In this document: piece by piece, positions 26,925 to 36,361 of the stretch
How the letters are laid out: the number at the start of each line of letters is the position of its first letter
How positions within the stretch are numbered: position 1 is the first letter of the stretch
Source: Spirochaetia bacterium
Lineage (GTDB): Bacteria; Spirochaetota; Spirochaetia; WTKD01; G963693115
Assembly (NCBI GenBank): GCA_965226065.1
Contig: OZ245332.1
Coordinates: 1,316,774-1,380,773, forward strand
Length of the DNA stretch: 64,000 bases
Reading direction: 5' to 3'
Position numbers and translations under genes: made by a program
Notes under the pieces: model-generated
What the model was told of the DNA's origin: nothing
Seen by the model: the letters and a program-made list of their open reading frames with translations, nothing else
The model's database searches: none

Positions 26925-27884
26925 ATGAAAAAAAGTGCATTATTTTTTGTCATGGTAGGAGTAATTTTTGTATCGTCTTGTGTAAGTGTTTCACATTCTT
27001 TCGCACCTACAATTGCGTTTTCAATACATGCAGAAAATGCAGCAACAGGGGCAATAACGCGTGAGTTAAAGGCACAAGTAGCAAAGGGTGCTATTAAAAA
27101 CATAGTAGTAGCCAGTGCTGAAGAAAACACAGGCGTGCAACTTTCAAAGATTGCTTCTTTTGTAAACACAAAATCTGTTGATGTGCTTCTCATACAAGTT
27201 TCAGATGAACTAGCTATGCAAAATGTGTATGAAATCATTCAATCTGCACACAGCAGCATTCCGATTATTTTTCTCGCTTCTGATGAATCGATATTTGAAA
27301 AAGCACCTATCGCTGTACGCAGTCATGCGAAAATCGGCTGCATTGTCATGTTTGGTCTCAAAGCGGGAGAAGTGCAAGGGCAATTTGTCAATGCGTTTTT
27401 ACGCGGAAGGGGAAAAGTCGGACTGCTCGTTGACAAAATTGGCAGTGCATCTCAAATATACAGAACGCGTGGCTTTGAAATAGGCATACAAAACACCGAT
27501 GTAATTATAACGCATCAAGAAGCTGCCAATTCAAAAAGCATAGCAGCACTGAAGATTGTGAAAAAGTGGATGCAAAATGAAACGGGTATCTTAGACGCCG
27601 TTGTTACAAATGACTCCAGCATGGCACTCGGTGCTGCACTTGCCTTAGAAGAACAAGGGCTTGAAGAACGCGTGCTTGTAATCGGAGGCGATATGTCAGA
27701 CGATGTTTTTACTGCGGTGAAAGCAGGCAATGTAACAATGACACTTGCACTTAATGTATCAGAGGTAGTGCGCGAAACTTTACACATGGTAGAACAGATG
27801 ACGAATGAGAAATTATTTGACAAAACAGTTGAAGTCGCACCGCTTGCCATAACCGCTAAAAATGTTGATATGTTTTTACGATAA
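26925..27884 (+). CDS. Sugar ABC transporter substrate-binding lipoprotein (RbsB/LacI-type fold), orphan
   Basis: Signal peptide with SSC lipobox; AVVTNDSSMALGA and VIGGD motifs; no permease or ATPase genes nearby. Confidence 0.75.
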   Translation: MKKSALFFVMVGVIFVSSCVSVSHSFAPTIAFSIHAENAATGAITRELKAQVAKGAIKNIVVASAEENTGVQLSKIASFVNTKSVDVLLIQVSDELAMQNVYEIIQSAHSSIPIIFLASDESIFEKAPIAVRSHAKIGCIVMFGLKAGEVQGQFVNAFLRGRGKVGLLVDKIGSASQIYRTRGFEIGIQNTDVIITHQEAANSKSIAALKIVKKWMQNETGILDAVVTNDSSMALGAALALEEQGLEERVLVIGGDMSDDVFTAVKAGNVTMTLALNVSEVVRETLHMVEQMTNEKLFDKTVEVAPLAITAKNVDMFLR

Positions 27885-27920
27885 GCTCATAGGTATATGC
27901 ACTTTGTAAGTGTAAATACG

Positions 27921-28280
27921 CTATTTTCGTTTAAAGAAAACTTTAGGCGATGTAGTGCTTTCAAGTTTTCCTCCATTCTCAAGAACTCTTAAGTTCCACA
28001 TTTTCCCAATATATACACGTAATATGATAAAGTTTTCTGAGTCTAAGAGTGTTCCCCAAAAGAATGTACCTGAAGGTATTGTATAAGAAGGGAGTGCAAA
28101 ATCCGATTTCAATCTTCCAAAAACTGAATTGTCATGAGCTTGTCGTTTTAAATGAAATACAATTTTTTGATTTTCTACGACTCCTTCAAAAGTACCATCT
28201 ATAATGACAGTTGATGCGGTACATGAGAAGAGTATGATGAGACTGACAAGCGTAAGTAGGAATAAGTGATATTTTTTCAT
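27921..28280 (-). CDS. Hypothetical lipoprotein
   Basis: MKK + hydrophobic stretch + LFSC lipobox. Confidence 0.7.
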   Translation of the reverse strand: MKKYHLFLLTLVSLIILFSCTASTVIIDGTFEGVVENQKIVFHLKRQAHDNSVFGRLKSDFALPSYTIPSGTFFWGTLLDSENFIILRVYIGKMWNLRVLENGGKLESTTSPKVFFKRK

Positions 28281-28404
28281 TATGAAAAAATTATATCACA
28301 TGACATATTGACAGTTCATTACATTCTAGTTAAGTACATGAATTTTTGCGGATCTTATGCATAAGAAGGCTAGTATCATGCGTTTGTTTTTTTGAAATTG
28401 AAGT

Positions 28405-29706
28405 TTAGGGACGTATTCTATTTCTATCTCGTGGAAATAGAGAAGCAAGCTTGACATTGCTTAATCCGAGAATTTTTTGCGTCAAACGCTCTAATCCTAT
28501 CGCCCAACCTCCATGAGGCGGACAACCATAAGCAAAAATAGACAGATAATCTTCTAAACTTTCCACAGATAGATGACACTTTTTAGCACTCTCACATAAA
28601 TCGGTGTAATTGTGAATGCGAAGTCCTCCCGTAGAAATTTCTACTCCTGCGTACAAGAGGTCAAAGCCCTTTGTTTTTTGTCCATCTGTTTGTTCATCGG
28701 GCATGGTGTAAAAAGGCCGTTTACTACGTGGAAACCCTGCAACAAATACCGCATGTATGCCGTGATTTTTTTCTGCCCACTCGCACAGTATGCGTTCTGC
28801 CTTTGGGTCTATGCTTAAGATTCGTTCTCCACTTTCTTTTGCAGCGAGTTTCTTCGCCTCATCGTAATGTAAAATAGGAATGTTTTCTAATACTTCAGGC
28901 TTTGCTACTGTCGCATTCCACAAGCTAATTTGATGCATATATTTTGAGAGAAGCAAGTCATTAAGCTGCTGTAAAAATCCACGTTGCAGTTTTATCAGCG
29001 CTTCTATGTCTTCAATAAATGCCATTTCTATATCTAGTGAAACATATTCGTTTAAGTGTCTATTAGTCTCATGTTTTTCTGCGCGATATACCTGCCCAAT
29101 CTCAAATACGCGCTCAAGTCCGCTTGCCATACCTGCTTGCTTATAAAACTGCGGTGATTGTGCGAGAAATACCGTATTGTCAAAGTAATCGACTTCAAAA
29201 AGCCCTGTCCCGCCTTCGGTACCACTGCTAATGATCTTACTTGTTTTAAGTTCGGTGAAACCCTGCGTGCGCATGTACTGAGCAAAACATTCTAGTATTG
29301 CCGACTGCACTTCAAAAATTGCGCGCATCTTCGGTATGCGTAAAGATGCAATACGATTATTTAAAAGCGCATCTATGCCCACTTTATCTATAGGGGAGTG
29401 TATGGCAAGCGGAAGTTCGACTTGAGGTTTTGAGAGCACCCGTATTTCTGGAGAATGCATTTCAGCGCCGTATGGTGCTTTGTCGCTTTTGCAGATAAGT
29501 CCGGTAATTGAAACCACGCATTCGGCATTAAGGTTTTTGTATATTTCATCAGTTTGTTCGCAGACAACTTGTACAATGCCGCTTCTATCGCGTAGTAACA
29601 CAAATGCGATGCCGCCAAGTTCTCGTATGCGATGCACCCATCCACAAAGGGTAATACGCGAATTTATGTGCTGGGCTATATCTTTGGTTAGAATTCTCTC
29701 TTGCAT
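28405..29706 (-). CDS. aspS: Aspartyl-tRNA synthetase, short archaeal-type (probably non-discriminating)
   Basis: OB fold (GWVHRIR...LRDRSG), LAQSPQFYKQ, YRAEKHETNRHLNEYVSLD, GCPPHGGWAIGLER and FPRD; 433 aa with no GAD insertion. Confidence 0.88.
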   Translation of the reverse strand: MQERILTKDIAQHINSRITLCGWVHRIRELGGIAFVLLRDRSGIVQVVCEQTDEIYKNLNAECVVSITGLICKSDKAPYGAEMHSPEIRVLSKPQVELPLAIHSPIDKVGIDALLNNRIASLRIPKMRAIFEVQSAILECFAQYMRTQGFTELKTSKIISSGTEGGTGLFEVDYFDNTVFLAQSPQFYKQAGMASGLERVFEIGQVYRAEKHETNRHLNEYVSLDIEMAFIEDIEALIKLQRGFLQQLNDLLLSKYMHQISLWNATVAKPEVLENIPILHYDEAKKLAAKESGERILSIDPKAERILCEWAEKNHGIHAVFVAGFPRSKRPFYTMPDEQTDGQKTKGFDLLYAGVEISTGGLRIHNYTDLCESAKKCHLSVESLEDYLSIFAYGCPPHGGWAIGLERLTQKILGLSNVKLASLFPRDRNRIRP

Positions 29707-29712
29707 GGTTTT

Positions 29713-30399
29713 TCAAAAATATAAAAAATTACTACTAAAACATGGAGCATGGATTATAAATGCGTTTGCTTTGTTTGATATCGTGTATGTACTTGATTGT
29801 TTCAAGTTTTTTTTATTCAAATACGCGCCTATAAAAAATGCTACAAGCCACCCTGCAATAGTTAATAAATATGGTAATGTTACAAACATCTGATGAATAA
29901 TATTTCATCGTTCAAAGGCTTCTTCAAGAAACGATGGAGGATATGAAGCAGCACCATCTAAATTTACAACAAATTCTTCTCCCGAATTTGGTTCTTCTGT
30001 CATTGCTTTTTCTCGAGGACCTGGATATGCAGAGAAATCGCTTGCTACCTTCATTTCGACTTTTTTACTCACATTATTATACTTCGACATTTTTTAACAA
30101 TCTGTTGAGAATATTTTTCATCTAAATTCGATGTTGGCTCATCAAAAATAATTATTTTAGGCTGTATTTCTAAAATCTAAAATAACCTTTTTTTTAGAAG
30201 AAAAGATAGAATTATCAAAGCGCTTTAAAAGCTCATTTGCATTTTCTTTGCTATAAAGATCTACTATTTTAGGTGCTTTAATTATTCTTGTATTATCTTT
30301 ATCTGATGAATGTGTTGATTGATTATTCCATCCAAATGCTCCTGTTTTATTTCGTTTCTTCTTGGTATCAGTTTTCTGTGGTTGTCCACTACGTTTCAT
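29713..30399 (-). pseudogene. Mosaic scar: STAS-like N-terminus, ABC Walker B fragment, deleted DUF4325-like gene, TM-protein start
   Basis: IKAPKIVDLY...VILDF (30157-30399); PKIIIFDEPTSNLD (30069-30176); DFSAYPGPR..SGEEF|VVNLDG..SFLEEAF (29905-30090); MFVTLPYLLTIAGWLVAFFIG (29713-29889). Confidence 0.6.
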
Positions 30400-30450
30400 G
30401 TTTTGTTATCTATCGTATTACGATGTTGTAAGTTATATTTCCAATGATAT

Positions 30451-32115
30451 ATGAAAGATTTAAATTTAATCTTTAAAGTTTTTTCATACAATGGAACTAT
30501 GGTTTGTCTTTCGCTTACTACTCCTACGCTTGCGCAAATGACTAGTGATATTGATGCGTACCACTCATATATAGACCTTCTTGAACTACGCGCGGATTTA
30601 CTAAACGCTGCCTCTGTACTTGAAGATAAAGACGGCGATGTGCGATACTTTGCAGATGCTTGCATTGCATGGATACACGGTGAAAAAAAACGCCATGCGC
30701 TTCCGTGTATTTTTACTTTGCGCAGCGAGTCTGATGGCGGACTTTGCAAGGCAGCTTGTGAACAAAAGCGGCGCGAAGTACTGCAGTACATTGTTGCTTC
30801 ACAGGCATTTGACTATGTAGATGTTGAAGCTGAACACCCATCGTTTTGTCAGCAAATGTATGAACAAACGAAAAACAGCGATACCATGAAGCTCATAGTT
30901 TCAAAACATTATTTTGATTATAGATGCGCATTTTATGAAAACAATGACGCACGGCATAGTGATGATTTTATTGATTGTGCGCGCATGCCGTGGCTACGTG
31001 AAATGAAAATGCTTATTTGCACCTATCCCCATGCAATTGTAAAACATGCGCTTACTTGCACTACCTCATCGCAGCTCTGTGCATTATTTGAAGCTGCAAA
31101 AGATCTTCATCACATGCAAGGTCAGTATGTACTCGCTGCGATGGGTGACTTTGGTAGACCAGCGCGCATACTTAGCGTGCGTATAGGATCTCTTTGGACT
31201 TATGCGTCATTGCAAGGAACAAAGCAAGCGGCGATGGGACATTTTGATCCAAAAGAATTGTGCGAAATCTATTCGTATAAAAAAATTACCAAGGAGACAC
31301 GCGTCTTTGCCGTTGTCGGAAACCCTGTGATGCATTCAAAATCGCCAACATTTCACAACGCGCGCTTTAAAGAAAAAAAACTCAACGCGGTGTATATTCA
31401 CTTGCCATTGGATAATGTAAAAATTCTACCTACCCTTATAAAGAACATGAACATATACGGACTTTCGGTTACCATACCGCACAAGACATCGGTTCTATCG
31501 CAGCTTGATGAAACAGATGCGCTGGTGCAAGGCACGAGATCTTGCAACACCATTGTGGTACACGATACGCTAGTAGAGGAATTTTTACGTAAAAAAACGC
31601 ATGGATACAACACAGACATTCAAGGTTTTTTAACACCGCTTACAACGCGACTTGTACGCTTACACATGCGATTGTGCGACATGAAATGCACGGTATTAGG
31701 AAGTGGAGGCACGGCGCAATCTATATCTCACGCATTATTACGCGAAGGTGCATGTGTGCTTATTGTCAATAGAACGCTTGAAAAAGCGAAAGAACTTGCG
31801 CGCTTTTTAAGCACATGCTATGATACTGAAGTGTTGCATAGCTCAATTACAGATTATCGTGCTATTGCTGCGCACGATTCACTTATCGTACAAACTACCA
31901 GCGTTGGCATGAATGCAGCATCTAAAACGCCGCTTGCTAATTATCGCTTTAGTGGTAAAGAAATTGCATATGACATTGTCTACACACCTTCGCGTACAAA
32001 ATTTTTGCAGGATGCAGAAGCATCAGGATGTCTTACTATTTCTGGAAAAGAAATGTTTATTTCTCAAGCAGAGGCGCAATCAGAGTTTTTTTGTAAGGCT
32101 GCACATCCGTATTAA
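30451..32115 (+). CDS. aroDE: Bifunctional type I 3-dehydroquinate dehydratase / shikimate dehydrogenase
   Basis: LELRAD, IVSKH and AMGDFG (DHQase); GNPVMHSKSP, SVTIPHK, NTD, GSGG and DIVY (SDH). Confidence 0.9.
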   Translation: MKDLNLIFKVFSYNGTMVCLSLTTPTLAQMTSDIDAYHSYIDLLELRADLLNAASVLEDKDGDVRYFADACIAWIHGEKKRHALPCIFTLRSESDGGLCKAACEQKRREVLQYIVASQAFDYVDVEAEHPSFCQQMYEQTKNSDTMKLIVSKHYFDYRCAFYENNDARHSDDFIDCARMPWLREMKMLICTYPHAIVKHALTCTTSSQLCALFEAAKDLHHMQGQYVLAAMGDFGRPARILSVRIGSLWTYASLQGTKQAAMGHFDPKELCEIYSYKKITKETRVFAVVGNPVMHSKSPTFHNARFKEKKLNAVYIHLPLDNVKILPTLIKNMNIYGLSVTIPHKTSVLSQLDETDALVQGTRSCNTIVVHDTLVEEFLRKKTHGYNTDIQGFLTPLTTRLVRLHMRLCDMKCTVLGSGGTAQSISHALLREGACVLIVNRTLEKAKELARFLSTCYDTEVLHSSITDYRAIAAHDSLIVQTTSVGMNAASKTPLANYRFSGKEIAYDIVYTPSRTKFLQDAEASGCLTISGKEMFISQAEAQSEFFCKAAHPY

Positions 32116-32166
32116 GTGCATTTATTGTACTATTTTTATAAACAACATTATTTACATTGAGGTTAT

Positions 32167-32865
32167 ATGAACGATATTTTACAAACCATAAAACAAAAGG
32201 CAACGATATATTTTGTAAGGCACGCAGAGTCTAAGCACAATGCACAGGGATTGATAGCGGGACGTATGGAAACGCCACTTACAGAGCAAGGCATAGCACA
32301 AGCTGAAAATACCGCTGCGTATCTTGTAAAAAGTGTATCTGCAGTGAGTGTCGTTTTGCATTCGCCCATAGGACGCGCAAAGCATACCGCGCAAATTATT
32401 TACGATGCATATAAAAAGGATGTTGTCAAGACTATTGTTTTTGAAGAATGTGTAGATCTTATAGAAATAGATGTGGGCATTTTTCAAGATAAATGCATGC
32501 GTGAAATACAAGAAGAATACCCACAGCATTATGCGCGTTTTATGCAAAAAAGCTGGGAGGCAGTTCCAGACGCCGAGCGTATTTCATCGCTTATTGCGCG
32601 CACGCGCAGCGTATGGAAAATGATAGCTGACTTTATTAGTGCAGGCCATATGAATATTGTGTTAGTTTCGCATGGCGGATTTATGCAATGGTTGTTTAAA
32701 ACATCGTTTGGTTTTTCAGGTGATCATGTTAACGAATGGGCGCCGATAGTAAAAGTATCAAACTGTGGCGTATTTTGCTTGGTAATCAAGCCACTGCAGA
32801 TTAGCGAACGTCAGGCCCAAAGTGGGCACGCACAATGGGCTTTTGTAAACCATGTTGTTTCTTAA
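32167..32865 (+). CDS. Histidine phosphatase family protein
   Basis: FVRHAES, LTEQGIAQA and LVSHGG. Confidence 0.9.
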   Translation: MNDILQTIKQKATIYFVRHAESKHNAQGLIAGRMETPLTEQGIAQAENTAAYLVKSVSAVSVVLHSPIGRAKHTAQIIYDAYKKDVVKTIVFEECVDLIEIDVGIFQDKCMREIQEEYPQHYARFMQKSWEAVPDAERISSLIARTRSVWKMIADFISAGHMNIVLVSHGGFMQWLFKTSFGFSGDHVNEWAPIVKVSNCGVFCLVIKPLQISERQAQSGHAQWAFVNHVVS

Positions 32866-32917
32866 GTACTTTAAACAGACGATGAATATGAGTGTGAAAA
32901 AAGGATATTATAGCAAT

Positions 32918-34324
32918 ATGAGAAAGCTTTGTTTTATATGGATAGTATGGTGTATAGGTTTAGTTTCTAATGTTTTTGCAGAAGAAAGGGAAGGACACGC
33001 AGTAGCACAGAGTTTCGTAGAACGCAGTGTAGCGAAGAAACGATTTTTACGAGACATGTCGATGGTATACGACTATGTAGTAAAGAATTACTACAAAGAG
33101 CCGGATTTAGAGCAAATGTTATTTGGGTCACTAGCGGGAATGATGGGGAATTTAGGAGATGCGTACTCGACATTTATAACGCCGGAAGAAGCGAAGGAAT
33201 ATAGCGAAGAGATAGCAGGTGAATTTGGGGGACTAGGGATACGAATAGATGTAGGAACGGACAAAGAGAGTGGGATATCGTACATAAAAGTAATAACGCC
33301 GATAGGCAACACACCGGCGGAGCGTTTAGGGATTTTACCGGGAGATTTAATAACGAGAGTAGACGAGACAAGCTTGGCAGGATATACGACACGAGAAGCG
33401 GTAAAGATAATGAGGGGGAAGCCGGGAACAAAGGTAGAACTGACAATAAAGCGAGGAGAGAAAACATTTACCTTGAAGATAGAGCGAGCAGTGATAAACA
33501 ACATTAATTTAGAATACGAGCATATAGATGAAGAGATAGTGTATATGAAGATAAGCAGTTTTACGCAAGACTTACCGCAAGATTTTGCAGATGCGATGAA
33601 AGAGATAAACAAGAGGGAATACAAGACGATACTAGTAGATTTACGAAATAATCCGGGAGGCTCGTTAAGTTCGGTAGTGGATATAGCAGATGCGTTTTTA
33701 GAGTCGGGGTTGGTAGTAGGAACGAAGGCGCGAGATTCTCGGAAGAATACGCAGTACAATTCGACAGATGCATTGTTAGTTCCGAAGGAGAAGCAGGTAG
33801 TAGTGATAGTAAACGAAGGGTCAGCATCGGCATCGGAGATACTATCGGGAGCAATAAAAGATAGAAAGCGAGGGACGGTAGTAGGGAGTAGGACATTTGG
33901 GAAGGGGTTAGTGCAATCGGTAAATGCGTTTGAGTCGGGGTTTATCAGTATAACGACATCGCAGTATTATACGCCGAATGGAACGTTTATAGATGAGAAA
34001 GGAATAGAACCGGATAGAGAGATAGAGCCTAGTCATTCTGTAGATGAGATGACAGGAGCAGAGCTGCAAGACTTACAAAAGATGATAGAAGAGAACTTGG
34101 CGTTAAAGTTTGTGGAAACGCATGAGGAATTAAGCGATGAAGCGATGTTTGAGAGGTTTAGCAAAGAGCTTGAAGTGCAGGGGCTTAGCATTGATACGTT
34201 TTTTATAAAACGTAGTCTACACTTTGCACGCAATCGGAACAAGAACACGATAGAAGTTTTTAACCTAGAGTTTGATTCAGTGCTACGCAGCACCGTAGAG
34301 ATGATACGCAATCGTATGCTTTAA
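32918..34324 (+). CDS. ctpA: S41 family carboxy-terminal processing protease
   Basis: Signal peptide from ATG 32918, PDZ domain, DLRNNPGG, NEGSASASE and GSRTFGKG. Confidence 0.93.
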   Translation: MRKLCFIWIVWCIGLVSNVFAEEREGHAVAQSFVERSVAKKRFLRDMSMVYDYVVKNYYKEPDLEQMLFGSLAGMMGNLGDAYSTFITPEEAKEYSEEIAGEFGGLGIRIDVGTDKESGISYIKVITPIGNTPAERLGILPGDLITRVDETSLAGYTTREAVKIMRGKPGTKVELTIKRGEKTFTLKIERAVINNINLEYEHIDEEIVYMKISSFTQDLPQDFADAMKEINKREYKTILVDLRNNPGGSLSSVVDIADAFLESGLVVGTKARDSRKNTQYNSTDALLVPKEKQVVVIVNEGSASASEILSGAIKDRKRGTVVGSRTFGKGLVQSVNAFESGFISITTSQYYTPNGTFIDEKGIEPDREIEPSHSVDEMTGAELQDLQKMIEENLALKFVETHEELSDEAMFERFSKELEVQGLSIDTFFIKRSLHFARNRNKNTIEVFNLEFDSVLRSTVEMIRNRML

Positions 34325-34337
34325 GGAAAGGCATTAG

Positions 34338-35633
34338 TTAATGATTTCGAATAATCTTTAACGCAGGAATAGATCGGATTTTGCGTGCAGGTAGATAGCT
34401 TGCGCCTATGGAGAATACTATTGCAAGCAGTGCAATAGGTAGTAAATCCCACCAATATATGTGAAATGGTATATGGGTAAGATAGTACTGTGCGTTTAAT
34501 AGATGTACCGTATCGGTTTTTCCGAATATGTAGCGCACTGCATTTATCGCTGCATCTGCCCATGAGATAAGAGTGTTTGACATTGCGTTAATTGCGATAC
34601 CACCTGCTATGCCTAAAGACGCACTTATTATTCCGCTTGTAAGTCCGTATAAAAAAATTTGTTGCTCCAATTTTTTAGGCGGGGATCCTAAAGCTTTGAG
34701 TATTGCAATATCAGTTTGTAAGTCTATAATACGCATGCTCATAGTCGATGAAAGTGTTATCGCAGCGAGTATGACTGCAACAATCATAACAGCGCTTAAT
34801 ATATATTTTGTTTCAACAAATAATGTGTAGCGTTGTATATCTCTTTCATACCATGAAAAAACTATTCCGTAATTTGCAAGCGACTTTTTTAGTGTAGAGA
34901 GAAAGGCATCGCTTTTACGAGTTGTATGAGCTGCTCGTTTTATTAAAGGATTAGATATACTAAATGGGTCATCTATTTTTAGCTTTAAAGAAGTATTCTG
35001 ATCTATCGCTGCAAACAATGTTTTTGCGCGCGCGAATGGTACAAATGCCCAAGCTCTATCTAGTTCTTCATACCCTACACTCACTATGCCGCTAACGATA
35101 AAGCGCGTTATTTTTGGTAAAGCTGATGGCGTATTTGATCGAGTGGTAAGTAACAAAATAGCATCGCCTACACGTGCCGAAATTTTTTCCGCTGCTGCTT
35201 TTCCAAGTAGGATACTTTTTTCATTTTCAAATGCTAGACGACCTTCTTCAATTTGCACATATTTTTTAAAACCAGATTCTTCAAAAAAAGACGCCTCTAC
35301 TCCTCTTATAGTAATACCACTGCGCTGCGTGCCATGGCGTAATATACCGCCGCCGCTTATTTCTGCAAATATATTTTGTATTTCTGAAAAATTCTCAAGT
35401 ATTGTCTTCGCTTCTTTTATGCGTTTTGTATTTTCTTGCGATGACGGCATTAAAAGCATGATGTGTCCGCTACTTGTTTCTATAATGCGATTAGAAATTT
35501 CTTCCACCATGCTTTTTGTAACCTGTTGTACTAGCACGAGTGGAATGAGCGATATAGTGATTATGCTTATTTGTAAAACGATAAATGATCGTTTACTACG
35601 CAGTAATGTTGAAAAAAAAGAATACGTCATCAT
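34338..35633 (-). CDS. LolC/E (FtsX/MacB-like) ABC permease
   Basis: MacB-like periplasmic domain; IAILKALG and SYLPARK in the C-terminal TM part. Confidence 0.85.
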   Translation of the reverse strand: MMTYSFFSTLLRSKRSFIVLQISIITISLIPLVLVQQVTKSMVEEISNRIIETSSGHIMLLMPSSQENTKRIKEAKTILENFSEIQNIFAEISGGGILRHGTQRSGITIRGVEASFFEESGFKKYVQIEEGRLAFENEKSILLGKAAAEKISARVGDAILLLTTRSNTPSALPKITRFIVSGIVSVGYEELDRAWAFVPFARAKTLFAAIDQNTSLKLKIDDPFSISNPLIKRAAHTTRKSDAFLSTLKKSLANYGIVFSWYERDIQRYTLFVETKYILSAVMIVAVILAAITLSSTMSMRIIDLQTDIAILKALGSPPKKLEQQIFLYGLTSGIISASLGIAGGIAINAMSNTLISWADAAINAVRYIFGKTDTVHLLNAQYYLTHIPFHIYWWDLLPIALLAIVFSIGASYLPARKIRSIPALKIIRNH

Positions 35634-35653
35634 TTCATGCGGGCTTTAAGTAT

Positions 35654-36361
35654 TTAGATATTCAATTTCTTTTGAAACTCGACAGCTCCATCTTTCAAAT
35701 GTATATGCGAGTGTGCTATGGAGAGAAATGACCTGTCGTGTGTTGCGACTATGAGTGTTGCGTTTTCTTCGTCTACCAATGCACAGAGCATGGTGCGAAT
35801 GTGTTTAGAATTTCGAGTATCAAGAGCACCCGTCGGTTCGTCTGCGAGTATAAGACATGGCGAGTGTACAATCGCGCGCGCAATGGCAACACGTTGACAT
35901 TCTCCGCCTGAAAGTCGAATAGGTCTGTGATCGGTTCTTTTTTCAAGCCCTACTCGAACAAGCATGTGCCGAGCTTTTTCTTTTGCGTGTTTTTTTGAAT
36001 ATCCGTTCATAAGCAAAGGTAGCATTACGTTTCCTAGTGCGGTAAAGTCCTGTAACAAATAATGATGCTGAAATACAAAGCCGATGCGAGAAAGTCGAAA
36101 TACCGCGCGTTCTTGTTCCGAAAGCTTTGATATTTCTGCCTCATCAATACATATACTACCGCTATCGCACACATCAAGCCCTGATATGATACTTAACAAA
36201 GTTGTTTTACCGCTGCCGCTTTCTCCGCTTATGACTGTGTGCGTTTGTTTATAAATGTTCAGCGATATATTTTTAAGTGCTTCTATGGGTTCTGTATGCT
36301 TTTTATGGTAGCATTTGTGCAACGAAGCAACACTGACAAGTGCTTGTGATATTTTATTCAT
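35654..36361 (-). CDS. lolD: LolD-like ABC ATPase
   Basis: GESGSGKTT, IGFVFQHHYLL, LSGGECQRVAIARA and LADEPTGALD. Confidence 0.85.
   Translation of the reverse strand: MNKISQALVSVASLHKCYHKKHTEPIEALKNISLNIYKQTHTVISGESGSGKTTLLSIISGLDVCDSGSICIDEAEISKLSEQERAVFRLSRIGFVFQHHYLLQDFTALGNVMLPLLMNGYSKKHAKEKARHMLVRVGLEKRTDHRPIRLSGGECQRVAIARAIVHSPCLILADEPTGALDTRNSKHIRTMLCALVDEENATLIVATHDRSFLSIAHSHIHLKDGAVEFQKKLNI

Noticed and set aside
33091-33896. Long antisense ORFs opposite ctpA (222, 97 and 111 aa)
   Set aside because: Low-complexity S/L/P-rich products explained by the purine skew of ctpA.
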